A DNA stretch of 62,635 nt, the filler included. It is 3 parts of 3 records of this genome, joined end to end, with 100 filler letters (N's around TTAATTAATTAA, not from the genome) between each part and the next. Parts side by side here need not be neighbours in the genome. Positions count along the whole stretch, not along the records: positions 22,284 to 44,285 come from SRR31156797_1872; 2 more parts are not named here. One strand, 5' to 3'. A program made the translations under genes and the position numbers. Under the pieces are notes generated by a model. That model made no database searches and had not been told where the DNA came from. It worked only from the letters and a program-made list of their open reading frames with translations. The first letter of the stretch is position 1. Each line of letters opens with the position of its first letter. Of the stretch, positions 32,948-43,401 are shown piece by piece.

Positions 32948-34630
32948 TTATCTGGTAAGTTTTCTGTATTTGATGCGGTGAGGCTGTTCAGCGTCTTTGC
33001 CCAGTCTCTTTTTGCGGTCTTCTTCGTATTCGGAGTATGACCCTTCGTAATAGTATACGGAAGAATCTCCTTCAAAGGCGAGGATGTGGGTGGCGATACG
33101 GTCAAGGAACCAGCGATCGTGAGAAATAACCAGCACGCAGCCGCCGAAGTTGTTCAAGCCTTCTTCCAGCGCACGCATAGTGTTTACGTCAAGGTCGTTG
33201 GTTGGTTCGTCAAGAAGCAGTACGTTGCCGCCTTCCTGTAGCATGAGCGCGAGATGTACGCGGTTGCGCTCACCACCGGAAAGGACTTTGCATTTCTTCT
33301 GCTGTTCGGACCCGGTCAAGTTGAACTTACCTACATAAGCACGGGCGTTGATTTCCCGGTCGCCTAGTTTGACGAATTCGTTTCCGCCGGAAATTACGTC
33401 ATAGACGGACTTTTCAGGGTCAAGGGCATCACGGTGCTGGTCAACATGGGTAACCTGCACTGTTTCACCTACAATGACTTCACCCTGATCTGGCTGTTCC
33501 TGTCCGCTGATCATCTTGAACATGGTGGTTTTACCGGCACCGTTGGGGCCGATGATACCGACAATGGCCCCTGCAGGGATCATGAAGCTGGTATCTTCGA
33601 GAAGCAGCTTGTCTCCGGCCTGCTTGTGCACACCTTTAAGTTCAATAACCTGTTTACCGAGGCGCGGTCCCGGCGGGATGTAAAGTTCAAGTTCGCGTGA
33701 GTATTCATCGCTCTGCTGGTTGGCAAGTGATTCGTATGCACTGATACGTGCCTTGCTCTTAGAACGCCTGCCTTTGGGAGACATGCGGATCCATTCCAAC
33801 TCGCGGGCGAGGGTCTTACGGCGTTTTTCGTCTGATTTATTCTCATTTGCCAGACGTTTTTCTTTCTGTTCCAGCCAGGAAGAGTAGTTGCCTTTCCAGG
33901 GGATACCCCGGCCGCGGTCCAGTTCCAGAATCCATCCGGCGACATTGTCGAGAAAGTAACGGTCGTGGGTTACAGCGATAATGGTACCGGCGTAGTTCTG
34001 GAGGTGTCTTTCCAGCCACGCAACAGATTCGGCGTCAAGGTGGTTGGTTGGTTCGTCAAGAAGCAGGATGTCCGGCTCCTGAAGCAGCAGGCGACAGAGG
34101 GCCACACGGCGTTTTTCACCACCGGAGATTACGGAAACAGGGGTGTCTCCGGGAGGACAGCGCAGGGCATCCATGGCCATCTCAAGGCGCGAGTCGAGGT
34201 CCCATGCTCCGCAGTTGTCCATTTGTTCCTGAACCTTGGCCTGACGCTCAAGCAGAGCGTCCATTTCTTCCGGCTCCATAGGCTCAGCAAACTGGGCGTT
34301 GATTTCGTTGAATTCATTAACGAGGGCCACTACATCTGCAGCACCTTCTTCTACAACTTCGCGAACAGTGCGGGCTTCATCAACCAGCGGTTCCTGCTCA
34401 AGGTAACCGATGGTGAAACCGGGGGAAATATGGGTTTCACCTTCAAAGCTGTCATCAACCCCGGCCAGAATTTTCAGGAGCGAACTTTTACCGGAACCGT
34501 TCAGGCCCAGAACACCAATTTTCGCTCCATAGAAATATGAAAGGGAGATATCTTTAAGAATGGGTTTCTTGTCGTAAAACTTACTTACCCGGACCATGGA
34601 ATATATGATCTTATCAGGTTCGTTGCTCAT
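32948..34630 (-). CDS. ettA: Energy-dependent translational throttle ABC-F ATPase EttA
   Basis: Two ABC domains, no TM; LELDRGRGIPWKGNYSSWL and HRIKYRKL motifs. Confidence 0.95.
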   Translation of the reverse strand: MSNEPDKIIYSMVRVSKFYDKKPILKDISLSYFYGAKIGVLGLNGSGKSSLLKILAGVDDSFEGETHISPGFTIGYLEQEPLVDEARTVREVVEEGAADVVALVNEFNEINAQFAEPMEPEEMDALLERQAKVQEQMDNCGAWDLDSRLEMAMDALRCPPGDTPVSVISGGEKRRVALCRLLLQEPDILLLDEPTNHLDAESVAWLERHLQNYAGTIIAVTHDRYFLDNVAGWILELDRGRGIPWKGNYSSWLEQKEKRLANENKSDEKRRKTLARELEWIRMSPKGRRSKSKARISAYESLANQQSDEYSRELELYIPPGPRLGKQVIELKGVHKQAGDKLLLEDTSFMIPAGAIVGIIGPNGAGKTTMFKMISGQEQPDQGEVIVGETVQVTHVDQHRDALDPEKSVYDVISGGNEFVKLGDREINARAYVGKFNLTGSEQQKKCKVLSGGERNRVHLALMLQEGGNVLLLDEPTNDLDVNTMRALEEGLNNFGGCVLVISHDRWFLDRIATHILAFEGDSSVYYYEGSYSEYEEDRKKRLGKDAEQPHRIKYRKLTR

Positions 34631-34718
34631 TTTTATTACCTCTTTGGTTGCTATTTGCTTTTGTGTTTTCCCCTTGTGGCAGAAAAAACGATCTCAGGCA
34701 ATGGCGGAGTGCTTCTGT

Positions 34719-34808
34719 TAACTTTTCTGCAAAAGTTTCCGATACCTTTTGTGTAGCAATTTTCTAATCGATTCTTGATTGTCTAATTTGTTGTACTTGT
34801 GCTATAGT
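34719..34808 (+). promoter_or_regulatory. Putative sigma28-like and sigma70-like promoters upstream of the MCP gene
   Basis: TAAC-N15-TCCGATAC at 34719-34745; TTGTCT-N18-TATAGT with extended TG at 34779-34808. Confidence 0.4.
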
Positions 34809-34855
34809 AATGGTGTTTTTTATTGGAGTCGGTGGTGGGTTCAATAACGATTTAA

Positions 34856-37192
34856 ATGGGAAGACTGCGTATGAAGGTTAAGAGTATTAATTCCGTTGTC
34901 GCTGTGATTGTTTTTGTTCTGATTGCTTTAACCATCTCCATCGGAGTCTGGTGGGTTGCGGGTAGCACTTATCAGGCTGTTTTTAAAGAGCAAAAAAATG
35001 CCATGCAAAGTATGGTTGACCAGTCCGAAAAAGCTCTTGAGCTTTATATGGGCCAGACTTCAGATATCGTCCGAATCATGGCCAAAGGTGAACCTGCCCG
35101 TGAAGCCCTTAAGTTTGATAATATTGGCCCCATTGATGGGTTGCTTAAATCGTTGATTGGTTCTTCCAGTGATTATTGGGCAGCTTTTATCTTTGATAAA
35201 AATGGTAAAGTTGTTGCCGGCTATAATGCTAAAGGTAAAAATATGGCTGGAGCGGACCGTTCTTCCCGCGGGTACGTCAAAAAGGTTCTCTCCGGTACTG
35301 AATTTTACATTCAGGACAATATTCTTATATCCAAAAGTGGCGGCGGGATTATGATTTTCGCCATTGCTCATGCCGTGCGTGATTCTTCGGGCAAAGTTAT
35401 TGGCGGCATTGGTGTTTTTCCTAAGTGGGAAAGTTATACTAAAAACTTTATTGATCCTTTCCGAATTGGTCAGGATGGCTACAGTTTCATGCTGGATAAT
35501 AAAGGAAGGATTATTGCCCATGCTGTGAATAAGAAGTTGTACCTTAAGGATATTTCCAAATATGATTTTACTCAGACAGTTCTTTCCAAGAAGGAAGGCG
35601 GCACTACTTATGAGTGGGAAGGACGTCAAAAATATATGGTTTTCAAGACCATGCCCGGAACAGGGTGGGCTATTGTGGTCAGTGCTTATGAGGACGACCT
35701 GACAGCGGCAGCAACTCACCAGCGTAATGTTCTGCTTGAAGGCGGGCTGGTTGTGATTATACTGCTCAGCGGAGTAATGGTCTTTATTCTTAAAAGACTT
35801 GTCCTCAGACCGGTTGACAATATCCTTGAATTCTCAACTGAAATTGCCAACGGAAATCTTAAAGCCGAATTGAAGGGAACTTATCGGTATGAATTTGAAA
35901 ATCTTGCGGACAAGATTAATACCATGGTTGCTGAACTCAAGAATAAGCTCGGTTTTTCCGAAGGTGTTCTTAATGGACTGACCGTTCCCTGTGCAATTGT
36001 AGATCCTGATAACAATATTCTTTGGGTCAATCAGGAAATGTGTGATCTGACTGAAAATAGTCGAGGTTCCGCTGAGTCTAAGGGAGTTAATGCCGGTGAG
36101 TATTTCTTTAATGATTCCAGTAGAGATACAATGTCTCATGCGGCAATTGAACAAAATAGCAAGCTTGAAAAAGAAATAGTGTATACCTCCCATAAAGGGA
36201 ATGAAAAACATTTATTTGTTTCAGCTACTCCCTTTCATGATATGGATGGGATCATGCTCGGGGCGTTGACTGTGATTATTGATATGACCGAGATCAGACA
36301 GCAGGGACTCGAAATCGAGAAGCAGAACGAACGTATAACCGTTGCCGCTGCGGATGCGGAGCAGATTTCGCAGTCGCTTTCCAGTGCTGCTGAAGAGCTT
36401 TCCGCGCAAATTGAGCAGTCCAACCGGGGTGCTCAGGAGCAGCGTGACCGGGTAGCAGAAACGTCCACCGCTATGGAAGAGATGAATGCCACCGTGCTTG
36501 AGGTCGCTCAGAATGCAGGGCTTGCTGCTGAAGATGCCGATACTGCCCGTGACAAGGCTCAGAATGGCTCGCAGCTGGTGCAGCAGATGATTGAGTCTGC
36601 TGATGGTGTACGCGGTCAAGCTGATGCATTGAAAGAATCCATGGAGCAGCTTGGTGTTGAAGCCAAGGAAATCGGTAACGTGCTTGGCGTGATCAATGAT
36701 ATCGCGGACCAGACCAACCTGCTGGCCTTGAATGCTGCTATTGAAGCTGCAAGAGCCGGGGAGGCCGGACGTGGATTTGCGGTCGTTGCTGATGAAGTCC
36801 GCAAGTTGGCTGAAAACACCATGTCCGCGACTGGAGAGGTTGGCAATGCGATATCCAAGATTCAGAATATGACCAAGCAGAACATATCTGCCACCGAGGA
36901 TGCAGCTGATTCTGCTCAGCGGAGCAGTGAACTGGCTAATGAATCCGGGTTGACTCTGGCTGAAATCGTTAAGCTGGTCGTCAATGCTTCGGATCAGGTT
37001 CGGGCCATTGCCACTGCTGCGGAACAGCAATCCGCTACAAGTGAGGAGATCAACAGGGCTACTGAGGATATCAGCAGGATTTCCCTTGAAACTTCACAGG
37101 TTATGAGTGAATCAGCCAAAGCTGTTCAGGAGGTTTCCGGAATGGCTTCAGAGCTGAATAGAGTTATTGAGGACATTCAGCCTGATAAGTAA
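34856..37192 (+). CDS. Methyl-accepting chemotaxis protein (dCache-HAMP-PAS-MA)
   Basis: Two TM segments, cytoplasmic PAS-like segment ([13 protein letters not shown]), [20 protein letters not shown]; start may be 34871. Confidence 0.95.
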   Translation: MGRLRMKVKSINSVVAVIVFVLIALTISIGVWWVAGSTYQAVFKEQKNAMQSMVDQSEKALELYMGQTSDIVRIMAKGEPAREALKFDNIGPIDGLLKSLIGSSSDYWAAFIFDKNGKVVAGYNAKGKNMAGADRSSRGYVKKVLSGTEFYIQDNILISKSGGGIMIFAIAHAVRDSSGKVIGGIGVFPKWESYTKNFIDPFRIGQDGYSFMLDNKGRIIAHAVNKKLYLKDISKYDFTQTVLSKKEGGTTYEWEGRQKYMVFKTMPGTGWAIVVSAYEDDLTAAATHQRNVLLEGGLVVIILLSGVMVFILKRLVLRPVDNILEFSTEIANGNLKAELKGTYRYEFENLADKINTMVAELKNKLGFSEGVLNGLTVPCAIVDPDNNILWVNQEMCDLTENSRGSAESKGVNAGEYFFNDSSRDTMSHAAIEQNSKLEKEIVYTSHKGNEKHLFVSATPFHDMDGIMLGALTVIIDMTEIRQQGLEIEKQNERITVAAADAEQISQSLSSAAEELSAQIEQSNRGAQEQRDRVAETSTAMEEMNATVLEVAQNAGLAAEDADTARDKAQNGSQLVQQMIESADGVRGQADALKESMEQLGVEAKEIGNVLGVINDIADQTNLLALNAAIEAARAGEAGRGFAVVADEVRKLAENTMSATGEVGNAISKIQNMTKQNISATEDAADSAQRSSELANESGLTLAEIVKLVVNASDQVRAIATAAEQQSATSEEINRATEDISRISLETSQVMSESAKAVQEVSGMASELNRVIEDIQPDK

Positions 37193-37210
37193 ATAAGAAA
37201 TCAGTAATGA

Positions 37211-37252
37211 AAGAAGCCCCCTTTGTATGCAGCAAAGGGGGCTTCTTTTTTT
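37211..37252 (+). terminator. Intrinsic terminator after the MCP gene
   Basis: AAGAAGCCCCCTTTG...CAAAGGGGGCTTCTT followed by a T-tract. Confidence 0.88.
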
Positions 37253-37264
37253 GACCGATTCATC

Positions 37265-37293
37265 TTGCAAGCTGCACAGGGCGGGGGTAAGAT
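37265..37293 (+). promoter_or_regulatory. Putative sigma70 promoter
   Basis: TTGCAA-N17-TAAGAT between the terminator and the GGAG RBS of the next gene. Confidence 0.55.
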
Positions 37294-37315
37294 TGGAAGA
37301 TTAATGGAGATAAAT

Positions 37316-37663
37316 ATGAATGATAAACAAAAAGAAGAACTTAAAAATAAAATTAAAACTGAAATTGAAAACCTGACCAAATTGGTAAAGGATTTGGAAG
37401 AAACCGTTAATCCGGTCAAGCCGGATGCGGCCATAGGCAGGCTTTCCCGGCTTGATACCATGCTCAATCAAGGCATTAACAAGTCGTCAATTGCCCAATC
37501 CCGTCAGCGTATTTTGCATCTTGAGGATGCGCTGAACCGTTTGGAAAATGATTCATTCTTTGGTGAATGTGAAGAGTGCGGTGAGGATATCCCTCTTGCC
37601 CGGTTACTGGCACTGCCGGAAAGCAGATATTGTGTGCATTGTGCAGAACATCTTGAGGAGTAG
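37316..37663 (+). CDS. TraR/DksA-family C4 zinc-finger protein
   Basis: Coiled coil with [11 protein letters not shown], then CEEC...RLLALP...CVHC; GGAG RBS before ATG 37316. Confidence 0.88.
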   Translation: MNDKQKEELKNKIKTEIENLTKLVKDLEETVNPVKPDAAIGRLSRLDTMLNQGINKSSIAQSRQRILHLEDALNRLENDSFFGECEECGEDIPLARLLALPESRYCVHCAEHLEE

Positions 37664-37665
37664 TT

Positions 37666-39651
37666 GTGGGAATCGCTTCTGATCTGGTTATTCTCATTGT
37701 AGCGGGTATGTTGGGCGGTTTTGTAGCCCGTATGCTGCGTCAGCCCCTTTTGTTGGGCTATATTGTTGCTGGAGTTCTGGTTGGTCCGCATACCGGAGGA
37801 ATAACCGTTTCCGGCGTGCATGAGATTGAATTGCTGGCTGAAATCGGGGTTGCCCTGCTTTTGTTTACATTGGGTATCGAGTTTTCCATCAAGGAACTCA
37901 AGCCGGTACGTCATGTGGCTTTAATAGGAACTCCACTGCAGATTATTTTGACCATGTCTTTCGGTTGGGGAACCGGCCAACTCATGGGTTGGGATTCGCA
38001 TCTTTCCATCTGGTTCGGGGCCTTCATTGCCCTTTCCAGTACCATGGTTGTGCTTAAAACCCTTGAAAGCAAAGGGCTGGTGGGAACCCTGTCCAGCAGG
38101 GTTATGCTCGGCATGCTGGTGGTTCAGGATATCGCCATTGTGCCTATGCTTATTATTATGCCCCAGCTTGGTTCAGAATCATTTGGTTTGCAGGCTTTAG
38201 GTATGGCCGGGATCAAGACCGTACTTTTTCTTGTGTCCATGTTTGTATTAGGTTCGAGGGTCATTCCGAGGTTTATGCGGATTGTTGCCGGATGGAATTC
38301 CCGTGAGATGTTCATGCTTTCCTGCAGTGCTATCGGTCTGGGGATTGGGTATGCCACCCACATGCTTGGTTTGTCTTTTGCCTTCGGGGCTTTTGTGGCC
38401 GGGATGGTGCTCAGTGAATCACGTTATGCCTATCAGGCCCTGAGTGACATCCTTCCCTTGCGGGATATTTTCAGTCTTATCTTTTTTGCTTCCGTGGGTA
38501 TGCTCATTGATCCCTTCTATGTATGGGAACATATCGGAACTATTTTGATTCTTGCCTTCGCTATACTGGTTGGTAAAGGATTTATATTTGGTTCCATGGC
38601 CCGTCTTTTTAACTATCGTAACGTGATCCCGCTGGCTTTAGGTTTGGGTATGTTTCAAGTGGGGGAGCTTTCTTTTCTGCTTTTACAGCAGGGGGCCGAA
38701 TCAGGCTCTTTTCCCAAAGAGCACTTTCCACTTTTTATGGGCGTGGGTATTGTTACTATGCTGCTCACTCCGATTATGGCTTCCTGCACCGGTCCGCTTT
38801 ATTCCATGCTCCAGAGCCGCCGTAAAACCGATCCTTTGCAGACTGTCAACTTGCCGGAAAGTGAGCTGGATGGGCATGTGGTCATTCTTGGCTATGGGCG
38901 TTTCGGTTCATACGTAGCGGATTCATTGCGTGAGATTGATATCCCCCATGTGGTGGTGGAGCTTAACGCTAATAAGATAGAGCTGGCTGCTGATGCCGGA
39001 AGGGCGGTTATTTACGGGGATGCCGGACAGGAGATCGTACTTGAGGCGGCGCGGGTTTCTCATGCTCGGATGGTTCTCATGACCATTCCTTCGGTTCGCG
39101 GGGCAACAGCTGTGTTGGAAAAGGTGCATCATTTGGCGCCGCAATGTCCGATTGTGGCTTTGTCCCGTAACCCTGATCACCTGGAAGTTCTCAATGAATT
39201 GGGAGTGCATCACATCATCATGCCTGAATTCGAGACCGGATTGGAAATGGTGCGCCAGACCCTGTTTAATTTTTGTCTTCCCGCAGTGGAAATTCAGAAT
39301 GTAATGGATTCCATGCGCCGGGAAAGGTATACCACTGATGTAGAACGCAATTATCCCAGATCTGCTCAGCTGTTCCGCTTGAGCAAGGCTGCTGAATCTC
39401 TCAACCTGAGTTGGGTTGAAGTGGATGAAGATGCTGAAATTACGGGCAGATCCCTTGCGGGTAGTAAAATCCGCACGGTGACCGGGGTTTCCGTGGCCGG
39501 GGTGCTGCGGGATGACCATTTTATCCAGAACCCGGACGGTTCCTTTCAGTTTGAACATGGCGATATTGTCGGTGTGCTTGGCGGGCGTAAAAACATTGAG
39601 CGGTTCAGGTGTCTTGCTTCGGAACCGGAAGATGCAGATAAAGAGGGTTAG
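37666..39651 (+). CDS. CPA2-family cation:proton antiporter with TrkA-N and TrkA-C domains
   Basis: ALSSTMVV and VQD motifs, GYGRFG Rossmann motif, C-terminal RCK_C-like region. Confidence 0.92.
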   Translation: MGIASDLVILIVAGMLGGFVARMLRQPLLLGYIVAGVLVGPHTGGITVSGVHEIELLAEIGVALLLFTLGIEFSIKELKPVRHVALIGTPLQIILTMSFGWGTGQLMGWDSHLSIWFGAFIALSSTMVVLKTLESKGLVGTLSSRVMLGMLVVQDIAIVPMLIIMPQLGSESFGLQALGMAGIKTVLFLVSMFVLGSRVIPRFMRIVAGWNSREMFMLSCSAIGLGIGYATHMLGLSFAFGAFVAGMVLSESRYAYQALSDILPLRDIFSLIFFASVGMLIDPFYVWEHIGTILILAFAILVGKGFIFGSMARLFNYRNVIPLALGLGMFQVGELSFLLLQQGAESGSFPKEHFPLFMGVGIVTMLLTPIMASCTGPLYSMLQSRRKTDPLQTVNLPESELDGHVVILGYGRFGSYVADSLREIDIPHVVVELNANKIELAADAGRAVIYGDAGQEIVLEAARVSHARMVLMTIPSVRGATAVLEKVHHLAPQCPIVALSRNPDHLEVLNELGVHHIIMPEFETGLEMVRQTLFNFCLPAVEIQNVMDSMRRERYTTDVERNYPRSAQLFRLSKAAESLNLSWVEVDEDAEITGRSLAGSKIRTVTGVSVAGVLRDDHFIQNPDGSFQFEHGDIVGVLGGRKNIERFRCLASEPEDADKEG

Positions 39652-39652
39652 A

Positions 39653-40456
39653 ATGTCCTGTAAGAGAGTGTATATATTACTGTTTGTTTTGGTTGTTTCA
39701 TTTATGGCCGGGTGTGCCAAAACCAGCATCCCCGATCCTCGCGGATTGGGTCCTGCTCCTTTAAAGTGCTCAAATCCGGTAAATGTACTCGGTTATTTTG
39801 AAGGTATTCCCTACCGGGGAGATGCTGCCATCAACCGTTTTGGCGATTTTACTTTCTTCGCTGAGCCGGGAGTATATCTCAAGGAACCGGGACTTAATTG
39901 TAGTGGTTTTACCGTGGCTGCCTCACGTTACTATTTTGTCCGTAATTTTAATCTTGCCGATACCACCCTTGACCGTCTTGCAGACAGTGGACCGGATTCG
40001 CCCTACGGTGAAGATTGGGATTTCGGTTATGATCTTATTCTTAACGTGACTGAGGGGGTGAAGCGTAAAGCCGTACTTCCTTTTGGTCAGACTGCCGTCA
40101 TTGAAGAGAATAACGGCATGAGTCTGCGCGGTTTTGAGCTAAGTGACCGTGCGGCGTGGGCCGATGTCATCAAGCAGATGACCCCGGGGCATGTCTATCT
40201 TTTCTCCATGAGTAAGCCCATAAAATTCAAGAATTATAAGCTTCTTCATTATCACGTCGGGCTGATAGTTCCTGATGATACAGGTCATGTCTGGCTTTGC
40301 CACGCCACAAGAAACAGCGGGGTCAATAAGGTGGATATTTCCAATCAGGCTAACCTTGATCCAATCATCAAGGCGAATCCGGATTCCAAGCTGGGACCGC
40401 GTAAAATACTGATAGTTGAGGCTCCGTTACTTTGTCGTTTCAACCTGAAAAAGTAG
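39653..40456 (+). CDS. Lipoprotein with probable NlpC/P60-like cysteine peptidase fold
   Basis: Lipobox MAGC; GIPY, GLNCSGF, HVGLI and CHAT...GV motifs. Confidence 0.65.
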   Translation: MSCKRVYILLFVLVVSFMAGCAKTSIPDPRGLGPAPLKCSNPVNVLGYFEGIPYRGDAAINRFGDFTFFAEPGVYLKEPGLNCSGFTVAASRYYFVRNFNLADTTLDRLADSGPDSPYGEDWDFGYDLILNVTEGVKRKAVLPFGQTAVIEENNGMSLRGFELSDRAAWADVIKQMTPGHVYLFSMSKPIKFKNYKLLHYHVGLIVPDDTGHVWLCHATRNSGVNKVDISNQANLDPIIKANPDSKLGPRKILIVEAPLLCRFNLKK

Positions 40457-40465
40457 AGACAGGAC

Positions 40466-41302
40466 ATGTTAGCAGATAATGTTTTATTCGCTTTTGGGCT
40501 GACTGCTTTTGCAGGGCTTTCCACTGGGATCGGTTCTGCGTTGGCTTTTTTTGCTAAACGTACCAACCCCAAGTTTTTGTCTTTGTCATTAGGTTTTTCC
40601 GCCGGGGTGATGATTTACGTTTCCTTTATGGAAATTATGGTCAAAGCCAAGGATGCCCTGCAGGCTGACATGGGTGAGGTTGCGGGAACATGGGCCGCAG
40701 TCATCGCATTTTTCGGTGGTATAGCTCTCATTGCTTTGATTGATAAGCTGGTGCCTTCGTACGAGAACCCGCATGAGATGCATCGTATTGAGGAAATGAA
40801 TCCGGAGAGTCTTAACGATACCGGAGGACTGGAGACAGAGCAGGGCAAACGCAAATTGTTTCGCATGGGGACGATGGCTGCTTTGGCGATCGGTATTCAC
40901 AACTTCCCTGAAGGGTTGGCAACATTTACTGCCGCGCTCAGTGATCCCAGCCTCGGTATTGCTATTGCCGTAGCCATTGCTATTCATAACATCCCCGAGG
41001 GAATAGCGGTTTCCGTGCCCATTTATTACGCTACCGGGGATAAGAAGAAGGCTTTCATTTATTCTTTTTTGTCCGGTTTGGCTGAACCCATTGGAGCAAT
41101 GGTCGGCTATTTGTTGCTTATGCCATTCATGTCCGAAACTGTTTTCGGCGTAATTTTTGCCGGGGTGGCCGGGATTATGGTTTTTATTTCTCTCGACGAA
41201 CTGTTGCCCGCTGCCGAGGAGTATGGTGAGCACCATCTTTCCATTTACGGGCTGGTCAGCGGAATGGCGGTCATGGCTTTATCACTGCTGTTGTTTTTGT
41301 AA
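40466..41302 (+). CDS. zupT: ZIP-family zinc transporter ZupT
   Basis: HNFPEG and HNIPEG motifs; ENPHE loop. Confidence 0.93.
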   Translation: MLADNVLFAFGLTAFAGLSTGIGSALAFFAKRTNPKFLSLSLGFSAGVMIYVSFMEIMVKAKDALQADMGEVAGTWAAVIAFFGGIALIALIDKLVPSYENPHEMHRIEEMNPESLNDTGGLETEQGKRKLFRMGTMAALAIGIHNFPEGLATFTAALSDPSLGIAIAVAIAIHNIPEGIAVSVPIYYATGDKKKAFIYSFLSGLAEPIGAMVGYLLLMPFMSETVFGVIFAGVAGIMVFISLDELLPAAEEYGEHHLSIYGLVSGMAVMALSLLLFL

Positions 41303-41371
41303 ATTACGGTAGCATTCGATTAATATTTATGGAATTGTTAGGCCCTGCTGACTTTTTACAGAGGAGTTAAA

Positions 41372-41932
41372 ATGGCTAAGAAAAATATAGGAATTCAGGG
41401 TTTCACTCTACCTATGCCCCAGACTATTCTGGGTTCAAGGCATGAGGGCCGTGACAATTTCATGGCGCTGGCATGGGTGTCGCGGGTTAATTACAATCCG
41501 TCCCTGATGATGATTTCCGTGGGTAAGCGGCATTTTTCAAATATGGCTATCAAATCCAGCGGCGAATTCAGTGTGAATATCCCGTCTGTGGATATGGTTG
41601 AAGTCACCGATTTCGTGGGTCTTGTTTCCGGTTCTAAGCTTGATAAGTCCGGCCTTTTTGATGTTGAACCCGGTTTATTGGAAAATGCTCCGGTGATCAG
41701 CAAATGTCCGGTAACCATTGAGTGCAAGCTTTTCGATTCCATGGAATTGCCCAATGATACACTTTTTGTCGGTGAGGTTGTCGCTACTTGGTGTGATGAG
41801 GAAGTTCTTACCGATGATGTCCCGGATATCAAGAAGGTCGATCCTTTTACCTTAACTATGCCTGACAACCGCTACTGGGGTGTGGGTGAGTGTGTTGGAC
41901 GTGCTTGGCACGATGGTAAGAAATTGAAGTAG
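41372..41932 (+). CDS. Flavin reductase-family protein (flavoredoxin-like)
   Basis: NFMALAW, EFSVNIP and CPVTIEC motifs. Confidence 0.88.
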   Translation: MAKKNIGIQGFTLPMPQTILGSRHEGRDNFMALAWVSRVNYNPSLMMISVGKRHFSNMAIKSSGEFSVNIPSVDMVEVTDFVGLVSGSKLDKSGLFDVEPGLLENAPVISKCPVTIECKLFDSMELPNDTLFVGEVVATWCDEEVLTDDVPDIKKVDPFTLTMPDNRYWGVGECVGRAWHDGKKLK

Positions 41933-41959
41933 TAAGTAAAGCTGATTATACGATAATAG

Positions 41960-41996
41960 AAAATGCCGGACCGGGGTAACCTGTTCCGGCATTTTT
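41960..41996. terminator. Bidirectional terminator
   Basis: AAAATGCCGGA...TCCGGCATTTT between convergent genes. Confidence 0.8.
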
Positions 41997-42016
41997 GATG
42001 TTTAGAATGGATAATT

Positions 42017-42553
42017 TTATCTTGGCATTTCAGGAAATAATTTTTTTACAATTGCTGAAGCTTCCTGCGTGGCCATGATGGCTCCGAACTCACTGGTGAA
42101 TGGCTTGAGGTCATCGATAAGCCGGGGGAGCTGTTCAATGCAGGCCAGAGCGGGACTGAATGGAGTCGGGGTTGATTGTTGTGTAGCATTTTCTGCGGTC
42201 TGGGGCTTCTGCATGTCTGTTGCTGTCGGCTGCTGTGCGGGAGATATTTGATAAATGTGGCAGGATAGTTTCCAGGCCACCTGCAGGTCGCGGTAAGCGT
42301 AGCGGTATTCTTTAAGTGAAGTATAGGCCTTGCCGCGAAGCATGAAGGCATGCGCTTTTTTCTTTTCCGGTGCGTCAGAATCAATAAGGTTACTTAGCTC
42401 ATCCACCGCAGCATCATATTGCTGTTGCAGGGCGTAGTGCTGGGCCTGCTCAATTGGTTTGTAAAAAAAAGAGCAACCTGATGATGCCAGCAAAAGCATA
42501 CAGAGTAGTACGGTACTCAGGCTACGAAATATCTGCACATAATATTTGATCAT
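42017..42553 (-). CDS. TPR-like lipoprotein
   Basis: Lipobox-like SSGC; TPR-like helices (AFMLRGKAY...YAYRDLQVA); Q/P/T-rich insert. Confidence 0.7.
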   Translation of the reverse strand: MIKYYVQIFRSLSTVLLCMLLLASSGCSFFYKPIEQAQHYALQQQYDAAVDELSNLIDSDAPEKKKAHAFMLRGKAYTSLKEYRYAYRDLQVAWKLSCHIYQISPAQQPTATDMQKPQTAENATQQSTPTPFSPALACIEQLPRLIDDLKPFTSEFGAIMATQEASAIVKKLFPEMPR

Positions 42554-42617
42554 GATGCAGCTAGTATCGCATACCCTGACACTAGGTGTCTACGGGTTAG
42601 GAAGAGCTGCAGGTTTT

Positions 42618-43262
42618 CTATATTGCGTTGTGTCTGACGATGGCACTGATTTCTTTCTTTTGATCATTTTTTATATCCAGAAATTTAATCTTAAAACCGC
42701 AGGAACAATAGTGTGCGCACTTTGCTGTGTATGCACCGCTAAAAATAGGCAGTTTGTTCTTCAGTGATGATATCTTCAGGTATAGAAAGCCCCTGTCTTT
42801 GAGGTTCGCATCAGTATGGAATGAGCAGCCTTCTTCGGAGAGGTGGTGGATTGTCCCATGGACGCTTTGGGCCATAGCCGGATCATTTTCCAGACTAATC
42901 TCAGCTGGAAGGCTAACATTGATCGGGCAGGCAGGTCCCGGAGATATGCATTTACGAGTCAGGCAGTCGCAGATGAAGTCTTCATGGTCATCCAGAAAAA
43001 CGGGCTGTTTATGCTTTTCAAGAGTACGTATAGTTGGAATCCCGGACGAAATGGTTAGTATCCGGTTTCTATCGCAGCAGGGAGTTTGCATTACCTTGCG
43101 AACATCAAGCACCAGCCCTGAATATTTGTTACCCAGCAAGGCATGACAGAATTGATCGGGGCAGTCGCAGAACTCCATGTTGATGTATCTGGATAGGTTG
43201 GAATTGGTATATGGTTCAGGATTGTCTGTATATATGATGACCGGATTATTGGGCTGATTCAT
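42618..43262 (-). CDS. Cys-rich protein with a degenerate PilZ-like C-terminal domain
   Basis: GTIHHLSEEGCSF...GFKIKF recalls the PilZ barrel; GGAG RBS. Confidence 0.6.
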   Translation of the reverse strand: MNQPNNPVIIYTDNPEPYTNSNLSRYINMEFCDCPDQFCHALLGNKYSGLVLDVRKVMQTPCCDRNRILTISSGIPTIRTLEKHKQPVFLDDHEDFICDCLTRKCISPGPACPINVSLPAEISLENDPAMAQSVHGTIHHLSEEGCSFHTDANLKDRGFLYLKISSLKNKLPIFSGAYTAKCAHYCSCGFKIKFLDIKNDQKKEISAIVRHNAI

Positions 43263-43303
43263 TTTTCTCTCCGTTATTCACATAGCTTGTCAGAATATAA
43301 AAT

Positions 43304-43401
43304 CACGGGAGTAATCTGTTCACCTGCAGGCCGGAGCAGGTGCCGGAGACGGACGTTCCTCACACGATCAAGTGGAAAGTCTGGCCAGATTCCCTCCCGT
43401 G
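43304..43401. other. 98-bp end-paired structured element (MITE-like or small RNA)
   Basis: Terminal inverted repeat CACGGGAG/CTCCCGTG, inner AATCTG/CAGATT, internal hairpins, flanking AAAAT direct repeats. Confidence 0.55.

Noticed and set aside
43304-43401. Element as SRP RNA, tRNA-Sec or c-di-GMP riboswitch
   Set aside because: CAGGCCGGAGCAG lacks the SRP GGAA tetraloop helix and is off-centre; there is no T-loop or CCA; the GGCAAA/GAAA/GACGCAAA GEMM motifs are absent.
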